From Candidatus Cryptobacteroides intestinipullorum (GTDB lineage: Bacteria > Bacteroidota > Bacteroidia > Bacteroidales > UBA932): a stretch of DNA of 64,000 nucleotides. Below, piece after piece: positions 42,913 through 52,766 of the stretch (positions within the stretch are counted from its first letter, which is position 1; the number at the start of each line of letters is the position of its first letter). The notes below the pieces were generated by a model, which did no database searches, was not told the origin of the DNA, and saw only the letters and a list, made by a program, of their open reading frames with translations. The stretch is from NCBI GenBank assembly GCA_018711225.1, contig DVIP01000148.1:14537-78536 (forward strand). The letters are read 5' to 3'. The position numbers and the translations under genes were made by a program.

Positions 42913-43845
42913 ATGGATTGCAGGAAATTTGTACTGGTGGCGGCTGTCATGGCCGGATGCTGCATGGAAATGGCGGCGCAGACTGATGCGGGACTTTCAG
43001 AAAGTTACGCGAAAAGATATAATCTTATAGTGTCCAAACTCGGCTATGACGGCGTGGGCGTGGAGACCGTGCTGACGCAGTGGGAAAAGGCGGATTCGCT
43101 GAATACGGACATGCTGACCGCATGGTTCAACTACTGGTTCACCAAGGCCCAGTCAGAGGAAGTGGTGGTCAAGACACAGAAAAGGTATCTCGGTGCAGAG
43201 CCTCTGCTGTCTCTGAAAGATTCCACGGGGGCTGACATATATTATTTCCAGGAGGTCTTTTATGACGACGGGATGTTCTCGAAGGCGATGAAGTATCTGG
43301 ACAAGGCCATTTCGGAGGAACCGTTGAGGCTGGACCTGCGTTTTACCAAGGTCGCCTCCCTTATGTCATACGAGAAGGACAGCCCTGACATGGCATTGTC
43401 CTACCTTCTGGCGCTGGCCGACAGGAATGCAGAGGAAGACTGCAAATGGGAATATCCCGGTTACGAGATTTCGGAAGACTTCTTTACGCAGGCGATGCAG
43501 GAGTACTGTTTCGCTTTCTACAGGCTCGGCACTCCTTCTTCGTACAATGCGTTCAGGACCCTGTCGGAAAGGATGCTTCTCGATGACCCGAAGAATACCG
43601 TATTCCTTACCAATATGGGAACATACGATTTCATAGTGGCAAAAGACTTCAAAAGCGCACTGAAGTATTACAAGAAGGCACTGAAAATAGCTCCGGACGA
43701 CTATACCGCCCTGAAGAACTGCGTCCTGCTCGCCAGGCAGCAGAAGAACAAAAATATGGAAAAGAAATACCTGGCGTCTTTCGTGAAGGTGGCTGCGGAA
43801 GACGAGAAGGCGGCTGCTGAGGCCAGACTGCAGTACCTGCAGTAG
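42913..43845 (+). CDS. exported TPR-containing protein
   Basis: Signal peptide; ALKYYKKALKIAPDD TPR. Confidence 0.7.
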   Translation: MDCRKFVLVAAVMAGCCMEMAAQTDAGLSESYAKRYNLIVSKLGYDGVGVETVLTQWEKADSLNTDMLTAWFNYWFTKAQSEEVVVKTQKRYLGAEPLLSLKDSTGADIYYFQEVFYDDGMFSKAMKYLDKAISEEPLRLDLRFTKVASLMSYEKDSPDMALSYLLALADRNAEEDCKWEYPGYEISEDFFTQAMQEYCFAFYRLGTPSSYNAFRTLSERMLLDDPKNTVFLTNMGTYDFIVAKDFKSALKYYKKALKIAPDDYTALKNCVLLARQQKNKNMEKKYLASFVKVAAEDEKAAAEARLQYLQ

Positions 43846-43846
43846 T

Positions 43847-44827
43847 TCAGGCTTCTCCCCGCTTTTTCCTGGCCGCGTAGAGCTGCCATGAATTGTAGAC
43901 ATTGTGCCATATGCAGTAGAAGCCTCCGGCAATGGATGTGACAGGGGTCATGAAAGTATAGGCCATCCAGATGCCGAATACCGTATTCTTCTGTCCGAGT
44001 GCCTGTCCTGCGGTAATGGATGCCCCATAACGTCTGCCTATTCTCTTTCCTGCCGCGAACTGCAGGATGCAGCATGCAAGGGAAATCGCTGCCAGACCGG
44101 CCTGGTAGATGACGGGGGTGTCGCTGTGCACTATGGATCTTGTCGTCATGGCTATGGCGATCATCAGGGAAAAGCTCCAGAGATAGAAAGCCGCGTTCTG
44201 TTTGCCTGAAAGCCACGCATGGAACCCCGGCATGAGGTACCTTACCAGAAATGCAAGCAGGCACGGAGCTATCAGAATAGGGAAGACCTGCGCCAGTATC
44301 ATGCAGACGGCAGTGAAAAAGGAAATCCCTGCCGCCGGGTGAACCGCAGGTATCAGAAGCGGTACCAGGACAGCAGCTGCCATGTTTATTATGATGGTAT
44401 ATGTAGTGATGCCGGATATGTCCCCTCCGAGTTTGCCAGTCACTACTGCCGCAGCGGTAGCCGTGGGGCATATCAGACAAAGCATCGCCCCTTCCACCAG
44501 CACTTTCCAGTGGAAATCCGGAAGCAGGGCCGCCGGTATTGCCAGAAGTGCGAAGCCCAGAGTCTGGAACAGAAGAAGCCGCAAGTGCCATTTCCTGGGT
44601 CTCAGGTCCCCCGGCCTTATCTTGCAGAATGACAGGAAAAGCATTGTGAAGAGAAGCACCGGCTGCAGGATGCCGGCACATTTCTTCAGATACGGTCCTG
44701 CAGGAGCCAGTGCCGGAATATTGTCATAAATCAGGTACAGAAGCACCCCTGTGATTATGGAGACCACCAGGGTCCAGTCCTTTACGAAACGTATAAGCTT
44801 CCCCGGAATATTTCCTGCAGCTGTCAT
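43847..44827 (-). CDS. bile acid:sodium symporter family transporter
   Basis: Multiple TMs; CPTATAAAVVT.KLGG, GQKNT. Confidence 0.85.
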   Translation of the reverse strand: MTAAGNIPGKLIRFVKDWTLVVSIITGVLLYLIYDNIPALAPAGPYLKKCAGILQPVLLFTMLFLSFCKIRPGDLRPRKWHLRLLLFQTLGFALLAIPAALLPDFHWKVLVEGAMLCLICPTATAAAVVTGKLGGDISGITTYTIIINMAAAVLVPLLIPAVHPAAGISFFTAVCMILAQVFPILIAPCLLAFLVRYLMPGFHAWLSGKQNAAFYLWSFSLMIAIAMTTRSIVHSDTPVIYQAGLAAISLACCILQFAAGKRIGRRYGASITAGQALGQKNTVFGIWMAYTFMTPVTSIAGGFYCIWHNVYNSWQLYAARKKRGEA

Positions 44828-44997
44828 ATCCGCATGTCCTTTTAATCAGTCTGTCGCGCATTTCTCCGGCTGTCTTCCCGCCGTATGCCGGGACTGCGAC
44901 GTTAAATTTTCAATAATTGAGGGTGCAAATATGATAATTTTTTAGACAGCTTGGCAAATAATGCGTATCTTTGTATGATTTTATCAAAAAAGCGATT

Positions 44998-47010
44998 ATG
45001 AATAGAATTGTATGTCTTATGCTTGCACTGGCAGCTACCGTGTCCTGCAAGGAAACAGAAAACATAAAGCCTGCACTGGATTTGTCCAACCTTGACCAGA
45101 CAGTGGCTCCCGGCGAGGATTTCTACCGTTATGCCACGGGCGGCTGGATGAAGTCGCATCCTCTCAAACCGGAATATTCGCGGTACGGAACCATGAATGT
45201 CCTCGCGGAAAACAACGAGAAACAGCTTCGCCAGCTTTTCGAGAATCTCGGTTCGGGCACTCCGGTTCCCGGCAGCGAGGCGCAGAAGATAGATGACATA
45301 TACAAGCTCGGACTGGATTCCACCAGACTTGTCGCAGAGGGGGCGGAGCCTCTCAAGTCAGGACTTGAGTCCATAGCCGCCATAAACGACAGCAGATCCT
45401 TCGCCGAGACAGTAGCCAGGATGCATGCCGAGGCAGAGTTCCCGTTCTTCGCCGGATATGTCTCTTCAGACATGACGGACAGCGATGTCAACGTACTGTA
45501 TATTTCCCAGTCCGGACTGGGTATGGGAGACCGTGACTATTATCTGGATACGGCTAATGCCGCCATTAAAGACGGTTACAGGAAATATCTTGCCCGAATT
45601 TTCGAATTGACCGGATACGAGAACCCGGATTCGTCCGCTGCCGAGGTGCTGGAAGTCGAGGATGCCATTGCCGCGATTTCATGGTCAAGCGTGGAACTCA
45701 GGGACGTGCTCAGGTCTTACAATCCCGTTTCGGCCAAGGACCTGAAAAGCTCTTATCCGAATTTCGATTTCGGTGCATGGTTCAGGGAACTCGGCATAGA
45801 GGAACCGGACAAGATAATAGTGGGACAGCCGTCATATCTGGCAGGGCTTGATTCCCTGATAGCCAATACCGACCAGGCAAAGCTGAAGAAATACCTTGCG
45901 GCACAGTATATTTCCGAATACTGCACCCTTCTCGGAGAAGACTTCTATGACGCCAATTTCGATTTCTTCAAGAAGACGATGGCCGGCGTGAAGGAGAAGC
46001 AGCCGCGCTGGAAACGCTCCCTGAATGTGGCAAGCAGCATGCTTCCGGAAGCGGTGGGCAAACTCTATGTACAGTTGTATTTCCCTCAGGAATCCAAGGA
46101 TGCCATGCTTGAAATGGTGTCCAATATAAGGACGGCTCTGGGAGAACATATAGATTCCCTGAAATGGATGTCGGATTCCACCAAGATGGTGGCCAAGGAA
46201 AAACTGGCTGCCATAACAGTCAAGATAGGCTATCCTGACAAATGGAAAGACTACTCCACTCTGATTATAAACCCTACATTGTCATACATGGAGAATGTAC
46301 GGAACATAAAGAAGTGGGATATGGCCGACAATTTCTCCAGACTGAACAAACCGGTGGACAAGACGGAGTGGCTCATGAGTCCGCAGACAGTCAATGCCTA
46401 TTATAATCCTACGACCAACGAGATATGCTTCCCGGCCGCTATCCTGCAGCCTCCTTTCTTCAATCCTGATGCTGACGATGCCGTGAACTACGGTGCCATA
46501 GGCGTAGTCATAAGCCATGAAATGACCCACGGTTTCGATGACCAGGGAAGGCATTTCGACAAGGACGGAAACATGACGGACTGGTGGAAACCGGAGGACG
46601 AGGCTGCATTCAAGTCCAGGACAGACATACTTGTAGCCCAGTTCGATTCCGTATATGTACTTCCGGGAGTGAGGGCCAACGGCGCATTGTGTCTCGGAGA
46701 GAATATAGCCGACCAGGGCGGTCTGCGTGTCGCATATACGGCATTGCAAAATTCGTTCGGAGGGCACAGGCCTGCAGATATCGACGGATTCACTGCCGAA
46801 CAGAGATTCTATCTGTCATACGCCAATATCTGGGCCATGAACATCACTGACGAGGAAAAGGCCAGACTGACCAAGCTGGATGTGCATTCTCTCTGCGAAA
46901 ACAGGGTGAATGTCACACTGAGGAATCTCCAGACTTTCTTCGATGCCTTCGGTATCACCGAGGGGGATGCAATGTACCGTCCTGAGGAAGAAAGGGTAAT
47001 CATCTGGTAA
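44998..47010 (+). CDS. M13 metallopeptidase (PepO-like), lipoprotein
   Basis: Lipobox TVSC; VNAYY, HEMTH, ENIAD. Confidence 0.95.
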   Translation: MNRIVCLMLALAATVSCKETENIKPALDLSNLDQTVAPGEDFYRYATGGWMKSHPLKPEYSRYGTMNVLAENNEKQLRQLFENLGSGTPVPGSEAQKIDDIYKLGLDSTRLVAEGAEPLKSGLESIAAINDSRSFAETVARMHAEAEFPFFAGYVSSDMTDSDVNVLYISQSGLGMGDRDYYLDTANAAIKDGYRKYLARIFELTGYENPDSSAAEVLEVEDAIAAISWSSVELRDVLRSYNPVSAKDLKSSYPNFDFGAWFRELGIEEPDKIIVGQPSYLAGLDSLIANTDQAKLKKYLAAQYISEYCTLLGEDFYDANFDFFKKTMAGVKEKQPRWKRSLNVASSMLPEAVGKLYVQLYFPQESKDAMLEMVSNIRTALGEHIDSLKWMSDSTKMVAKEKLAAITVKIGYPDKWKDYSTLIINPTLSYMENVRNIKKWDMADNFSRLNKPVDKTEWLMSPQTVNAYYNPTTNEICFPAAILQPPFFNPDADDAVNYGAIGVVISHEMTHGFDDQGRHFDKDGNMTDWWKPEDEAAFKSRTDILVAQFDSVYVLPGVRANGALCLGENIADQGGLRVAYTALQNSFGGHRPADIDGFTAEQRFYLSYANIWAMNITDEEKARLTKLDVHSLCENRVNVTLRNLQTFFDAFGITEGDAMYRPEEERVIIW

Positions 47011-47016
47011 TCTGAT

Positions 47017-48192
47017 ATGGGGGTCACTGGCTTCATTTCCGGAAAACTCCGCTTTCGGGGGAGACTGGTCATAGTTTCCATCGCGCTGAGTTTTCTGGTG
47101 ATGATAATAGCCGTATCGGTATCGTCAGGGTTCAGAAAGGAAATAAGGGACGCCGTATCGTCAGTCACTGGGGATGTGCAGCTTATGCCTTCCAATATGG
47201 ACTGGCTTTCAGGCAATACCCCCGTGAGCCGGACTCCCGCATATCTCCATCGCATAGACTCGATTCCCGGAGTGGAATCAGTATCTCCTGTCGTGTACCG
47301 TGCCGGGATTGTAAAGAACTCGGATGTGGTGCACGGCGTTCTGTTCAAGGGGATGGAGGATTTCACCCCGGCCGATTCGTCATCTCTGGCCGTGGCCGTA
47401 CCGGACAGACTGGCTTCCATCCTGTCTGTCAGTGAGGGTGACAGTTTCCAGGCATATTTCGTAGGTGAACGTGTCAAGGTACGGAAGTTCACGGTAGCCC
47501 GCATATATCAGGATATGACCGGGACCGATGACAGGCTTGTGATTTATGCCGGACTCAGGGACATTCAGAGAATCAACGGCTGGAACGGGGACCAGGTCTC
47601 GGCTTTCGAGATCAGGCTTGACGACAGGTCCCGCAGTTCCGAGGCAGCCATGTCGTCACTTGCGGACGAGATAGGGACAGCTGCCCTTCTCTTTTCGTCA
47701 GATGACGACACGTCGGTGATAAGCGTTTCCGCGGCGGATTCCCAGCCTCAGGTGTTTGACTGGCTTTCCCTGATAGATTTCAATTCCATGGTCGTGCTTG
47801 TCCTGATGACCGTGGTGGCAGGGTTCAACATGATTTCCGGGCTGCTGATATTGCTTTTCGAGAATATCTCCACTATCGGCATACTGAAGTCCATGGGCAT
47901 GACGGACAGGGCGATTGTCAGGGTCTTCCTGAGATCTTCGTCTTCCCTTGTGCTGAAAGGCATGGCTGCCGGCAATGCGCTTGCGCTCATTTTCTGCGGC
48001 ATCCAGTATTATACCCGCTTCATCACCCTCGACCCGGACAATTATTTCATTTCATACGTCCCCGTACATCTGGAACTGTGGAAAATAATGGCAGCAGATG
48101 CTTTGGCTTATCTGGCGATAATGCTTCTGCTTCTGCTGCCGTCAATGTTCATATCCAGAATTGATCCTGCCCGTACTGTGAGAATGGGCTGA
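47017..48192 (+). CDS. LolC/E-like ABC transporter permease
   Basis: FtsX-type topology; IGILKSMG, YFISYVPV, P.R.. Confidence 0.85.
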   Translation: MGVTGFISGKLRFRGRLVIVSIALSFLVMIIAVSVSSGFRKEIRDAVSSVTGDVQLMPSNMDWLSGNTPVSRTPAYLHRIDSIPGVESVSPVVYRAGIVKNSDVVHGVLFKGMEDFTPADSSSLAVAVPDRLASILSVSEGDSFQAYFVGERVKVRKFTVARIYQDMTGTDDRLVIYAGLRDIQRINGWNGDQVSAFEIRLDDRSRSSEAAMSSLADEIGTAALLFSSDDDTSVISVSAADSQPQVFDWLSLIDFNSMVVLVLMTVVAGFNMISGLLILLFENISTIGILKSMGMTDRAIVRVFLRSSSSLVLKGMAAGNALALIFCGIQYYTRFITLDPDNYFISYVPVHLELWKIMAADALAYLAIMLLLLLPSMFISRIDPARTVRMG

Positions 48193-48202
48193 TCCGGCTT
48201 GC

Positions 48203-49273
48203 CTAAGCCGGACAGATTTCACAGAATACGGAATAGATATTCAGGATATTGTCTACGTAGTTCATTGTTTCCGTGCCGTTGAACTTTCCGAATTTCAGGG
48301 GAATCTCCGACAGGGTGGCATCCTCCCTCATGGAAGGTATGACTTTCAGTATGTCGTCCCACCTGTTGCAGTCCAGATTCCTGGCCGCTGCCAGGTTCCT
48401 GCAGTCTGCTATCCTGCCTTCACCAGCATTGTAGGATGCCAGGACGAACTTGAACCTTTCAAAATCCGTCATGTCTTCGTCGCTGTACATCTTCTGGAGT
48501 CGTGCCAGGTGCTTTGTACCGGCCTTGATGTTTTCCTCCGGATCAAGCAGATCCGTGATGCCGTAGTATTCGGCTGTGGATGGCATGACCTGCATGAGTC
48601 CCGTGGCCCCTCTGTGCGAAACGGTGTTTATGGAGAACTTTGATTCCTGGTAGATGACTGCTGCGAGCATTCTCCAGTCCCATCCGAGTCCGGCCGCGTA
48701 TTCTTTTATAAGTTTGTCATACGGGCTGATTCTGGATGTTATCATCTGCCTGTCGATTCTGGACAGCGGATTTACTGTCCTGTGGTACTCCATCCACGTC
48801 TTCCTGTAGTCTTCGGACTCGGTGTATGTGGCAATCCAGGTGTTCACCTCCTTGATTTTGGCGATGTCCTCACTGTTTATTGCCCATACGGTGTGGTCCA
48901 GTTCGCTGGAAAAGATGATTTCGTTTCCGCTGTGGGTGCATGTATCGGGAAGGACCATGATGTCCACCGTACCTGACCTCAGGGAATCCATATAGTCGCA
49001 GTGGCTGTCCGCTACAGACACTTCCACTCCGGCTCCCACATGTTCGCCGAACTTGCGGAGAAGTTCGTAGCTGAAACCTGTCCTGAAACCGTTTTTTCCA
49101 TAGCTTTCATTTCCGGTATTGATCACACACCTGATAGTGTCCCCTCCGAAAGTACCATAAGGGCTGACACTGTCTACTGCATTCGAGCGTTCGCCTATCG
49201 TCACTGATCCGAAAATAAGTGCGAAAGCGGCACAATACCTCATTGTCGAGCGCATTTTTCCTGTAATTTTCAT
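48203..49273 (-). CDS. MltF-like lytic transglycosylase
   Basis: YQESKF...SHRGATGLMQVMP, ASYNAG, ET..YV; N-terminal substrate-binding-like region. Confidence 0.9.
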   Translation of the reverse strand: MKITGKMRSTMRYCAAFALIFGSVTIGERSNAVDSVSPYGTFGGDTIRCVINTGNESYGKNGFRTGFSYELLRKFGEHVGAGVEVSVADSHCDYMDSLRSGTVDIMVLPDTCTHSGNEIIFSSELDHTVWAINSEDIAKIKEVNTWIATYTESEDYRKTWMEYHRTVNPLSRIDRQMITSRISPYDKLIKEYAAGLGWDWRMLAAVIYQESKFSINTVSHRGATGLMQVMPSTAEYYGITDLLDPEENIKAGTKHLARLQKMYSDEDMTDFERFKFVLASYNAGEGRIADCRNLAAARNLDCNRWDDILKVIPSMREDATLSEIPLKFGKFNGTETMNYVDNILNIYSVFCEICPA

Positions 49274-49283
49274 AACAATTCTC

Positions 49284-52025
49284 CTATTCTTGCGAGCTTC
49301 TCAGCTCAGTAGCGCCTCCTGATGCGGAGGCTCTTTTAGGTTGTACATAAAAAGGCCAGAAAATCCCCACTTTAAAGGCCTGCTGCGGTCTGATGTAATG
49401 GTGGGCGCTGAAATAGTCCGCCGACTTGTTCGGCCACCCCATACCCAGATTCACAGCCTTGATGAAGATACATGCCCTCTTCCACTGGATATTCACGAAA
49501 ACGTCGATATACGGGCAGTTCCCGTACTGTTCTTCGTTCTGCGAATAGAAAACACCCAGAGCAGGACTGTAGGCCGGAGCATACCATTTCGTAGTGTACG
49601 TGGCGTTGGCCCCGATCTGCATCTGCATCACCTCTTTGACCACATTGAACTGGAAGTAGTACCTGAAGTTCAATGCAAGCATAGGCAGCGGCAGCACATC
49701 TTCGTTTGAAGAAAGCTGGAACAGTGCCTGATGGTCGAAGTGGAAATTCCAAAGCCTGAAGTTTTTCATGACAGATGCTGTCATGACGCTCATCGGTACT
49801 TCGTTTTGCTGTATTGATCCGTGGTTATCGTAGTATATGTTGTTGCTCAGCAACGCATACCCGAAGAAGGCCCTCAATTTCCATACCGGAATGTCAAGGG
49901 AAGCTTCGGCCTTCGTGGTGGAAACCTTTCCGAAATCGTTGTCCCACCAATAGTGATTGGTATGCATGTGCTGCTCATAATAGTCTGGTTCTCTGAGACT
50001 TGTCTCAAAATGGAAGTTAAGGCTCAGGGGACTGTTCTTGTATTTGCGGAACGGATAGAAGTTGACTGACAAATTGGCATTTATCCAGAAGTCGTTCAAC
50101 TCGCTGCCGAGGAAGGTGTATCTTCCCTGAGCGTTCCATCCGATGTATTTCTTCAGCTGTCCCTGGGCTCCGGCGAACAGGTATGCCGAATTTCTGACGA
50201 TAGGTTTGGCAGGCTTCAGATAGTTCAGCCTGTTGAAGTCATGATAGTTCAGGAGCTTGTCACCTATGCCGACATCCAGTTTCGAGACAATGCCGTCGCT
50301 TGACCATGGCTGCAGGCGGAGGAATATCCTGTTGTCGAACCTCATGACCCTGAGGGAATCGTTGCTGGTGGTCGGGTTCAGGTAGAAATTATTGTTGTAG
50401 AAATTCCTGCCTTCCGTGTCGCTTTCGGAAATATTGTCATAATAGGATTTGGTGAGTACGGTATATTCCGAACAATGCCCGATGAAAGCCGTTGTGACAT
50501 CGGTGTTCAGGCTGTCGGCTGCAGCATTGCCTTGTGCCGCCGCCTTTTCGGCCTCGGTCTGGAGGTACTGCTGTATGGCCGTGCTGTCCCCGAATGTCAT
50601 GATGCTGTCCCTGTATGCCTTTTCGGCCTTTCTTGCCCGTCTCGCCTCACGCGCCTCCCTGGTCAGGAAGTCGAACGGAATCCTGTATGACTGGTCGAGG
50701 AATATGGTGTTCTTCTTTATGTTGGTGCCGGCATCCGAGAGTCTTACGGCTATCTCCCTGGCGTCCACGGTCGTATCCCTTATCCAGAAATTGTCCACGA
50801 TTCCGCCGTTCTCGCTTTTCTGTATGCGGTTGTATATGTAGCCTGCATTCATGAAATATCTCTTGCCGAGATAATTGGTGGCGGCTACGAATGTCCTGTT
50901 GTCCGTATCTTCGTTCTGCAGCATTCCGTTTCCTCCGAACCTGTCATATTCCAGGGTCAGGTTCAGTTCAGGCAGGATATTCTGGGTGGTCATCACCCTT
51001 ACGTTGCTTTCCTCCTTCTCGGCATTTGCGAACAGCGTTCCCCAGTAAGCCAGTTCCGTGTACGGTGTCTTGGTGTTGTACATCGGCAGGGTCTCCGGGG
51101 TGTAGTTGTACATCATGTACGGGGTGTAGAAATAGGCGTTCTCCGCTTCTTCCCTCTTGAAGAAATCGTAAGTCTGGGTAGGGGAGCCGATGACACCGAG
51201 GTAGGTGGCATTCACGTCATTCCGGAGGAACGGATATTCCGTGAAATACTTGTTGTAGGTGGTGTCGATTTCCTGCAGTTCCATGTCATTGAAGTACCTG
51301 TCATGGGTCCACATCACCATCCGCTTGTACTGCATGGAGTCGGGAAGGACGTATGTGCTCAGGATTCTGGGCGTGTTCTCTACAATACTGTCCTTGTACG
51401 CCCTGATACTGTCCTTGATGTGCATGATACTGTCCAGTTCCACGAGCTTTCTCGCGGTTTCAAGCTCGGCCAGATATTTCTTCTTTTCCCTTCTGGACAG
51501 GGAGTTGAACCACGCGATAGAGTCCCTTATGGCCGTCTCGGTGGAATCCTTGAATACCAGGGAATCGAGCCTGTGCAGTTCCAGGCTGTCGCCGATATTC
51601 CTGAGGGAATCCCTTACCGCAACCCTTGTCGTGCTGTCTTTAAGGGCAATATAGTATTTGAACTTGAGTGTGTCGGTATATCTGAGGGAATCGGGAACCG
51701 TTATCGTATCTCTTGCCTGTATGGCTTCCGCCAATGCCGAATCCGCTGCAATAATGGAGTCTTGTGCCAATACCGAATCCTCCGCTGTCAGGGAATCGGC
51801 TGCCTGCAGTGTATCGGAAAGATACAGAGAATCATCCGCCTGTATGGTGTCAAGCCCATACAAGGAGTCTTCCTGAATAATGGACCCGGTGTCTGTCGTG
51901 TGCGCCAGACTGTCCTGCTGGAACAGAAGTCTGCTGTACCGTCCTGTGTCGATGCCGAATGACTGTACTGCAGCCAGGCCCGTCAGTATCGCCGGAAACC
52001 ATATTTTTGATATAAAATTCCTCAT
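49284..52025 (-). CDS. putative outer-membrane porin (Bacteroidota type)
   Basis: Signal peptide; DS/DT-rich N-terminus; YNTKTPYTEL; beta-strand-rich C-terminus ending GIFWPFY. Confidence 0.75.
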   Translation of the reverse strand: MRNFISKIWFPAILTGLAAVQSFGIDTGRYSRLLFQQDSLAHTTDTGSIIQEDSLYGLDTIQADDSLYLSDTLQAADSLTAEDSVLAQDSIIAADSALAEAIQARDTITVPDSLRYTDTLKFKYYIALKDSTTRVAVRDSLRNIGDSLELHRLDSLVFKDSTETAIRDSIAWFNSLSRREKKKYLAELETARKLVELDSIMHIKDSIRAYKDSIVENTPRILSTYVLPDSMQYKRMVMWTHDRYFNDMELQEIDTTYNKYFTEYPFLRNDVNATYLGVIGSPTQTYDFFKREEAENAYFYTPYMMYNYTPETLPMYNTKTPYTELAYWGTLFANAEKEESNVRVMTTQNILPELNLTLEYDRFGGNGMLQNEDTDNRTFVAATNYLGKRYFMNAGYIYNRIQKSENGGIVDNFWIRDTTVDAREIAVRLSDAGTNIKKNTIFLDQSYRIPFDFLTREAREARRARKAEKAYRDSIMTFGDSTAIQQYLQTEAEKAAAQGNAAADSLNTDVTTAFIGHCSEYTVLTKSYYDNISESDTEGRNFYNNNFYLNPTTSNDSLRVMRFDNRIFLRLQPWSSDGIVSKLDVGIGDKLLNYHDFNRLNYLKPAKPIVRNSAYLFAGAQGQLKKYIGWNAQGRYTFLGSELNDFWINANLSVNFYPFRKYKNSPLSLNFHFETSLREPDYYEQHMHTNHYWWDNDFGKVSTTKAEASLDIPVWKLRAFFGYALLSNNIYYDNHGSIQQNEVPMSVMTASVMKNFRLWNFHFDHQALFQLSSNEDVLPLPMLALNFRYYFQFNVVKEVMQMQIGANATYTTKWYAPAYSPALGVFYSQNEEQYGNCPYIDVFVNIQWKRACIFIKAVNLGMGWPNKSADYFSAHHYIRPQQAFKVGIFWPFYVQPKRASASGGATELRSSQE

Positions 52026-52168
52026 ATCGAGCCGGCAAAGGTAGATATTATTTTTAAAATAACAAAATTATGACAAATAATACGCCTGTTTATCAGAGTT
52101 TTGCGTATTATCCGCATGGTTCTTTGCCGTTTCCGTGATGCGTCATGGCCGGTATGCCGGCGGCATTG

Positions 52169-52756
52169 TCAGATGATGCGGATGCCTTTCCGCCGCATTT
52201 CCTCCAGTGCCCTGACATGCCCGTCGCGGTCCACGTATCCGAGAGCCTTTCCGATAAGGGTGACTTCCTTTCCGGCAGCCAGCATGTCTTCTGCCGTAGC
52301 CTTTACACAGTATTCGGTGGCAATGCCGCAGACATGGACCTTGTTTATGTCCAGGAGATCCAGGACCTCGGCTACGGACTGTCCTGCATCGTTTACGCCT
52401 TCCCAGCCGGAATACTGCTCCATGTCCTTGTCACAGCCTTTGAAAAAGACAAGTCCGTCGGAAACGAATGGAAGGAGAGACGGGTGGATTTCACTTCCGG
52501 GAGTGCCCGTGACGCAATGTGCCGGCCACAGGCCTCCGTTCTCCCTGAATGAACAGTGGTCCGCAGGATGGTGGTCACAGATGAAAAGGACGGGAACCGT
52601 GCCGGTTATCTCTTCTTCTCCGCCGGTTTCCGCTGCCGCCAGCCGTTCCAGGAAGGCTGCAGCCTCTTTCACGGCATTCTCGGCATTGAGACAGGCCATG
52701 GACCCGTCGATGAAGTCGCCCAGCATGTCCACGACCACCAGGGCGCAGTCTTTCAT
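52169..52756 (-). CDS. pncA: nicotinamidase / isochorismatase family
   Basis: VVVDM..DF, D.H, WPAHC, KG, GIATEYCV; directly downstream of pncB. Confidence 0.88.
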   Translation of the reverse strand: MKDCALVVVDMLGDFIDGSMACLNAENAVKEAAAFLERLAAAETGGEEEITGTVPVLFICDHHPADHCSFRENGGLWPAHCVTGTPGSEIHPSLLPFVSDGLVFFKGCDKDMEQYSGWEGVNDAGQSVAEVLDLLDINKVHVCGIATEYCVKATAEDMLAAGKEVTLIGKALGYVDRDGHVRALEEMRRKGIRII

Positions 52757-52766
52757 GCCGGATGTC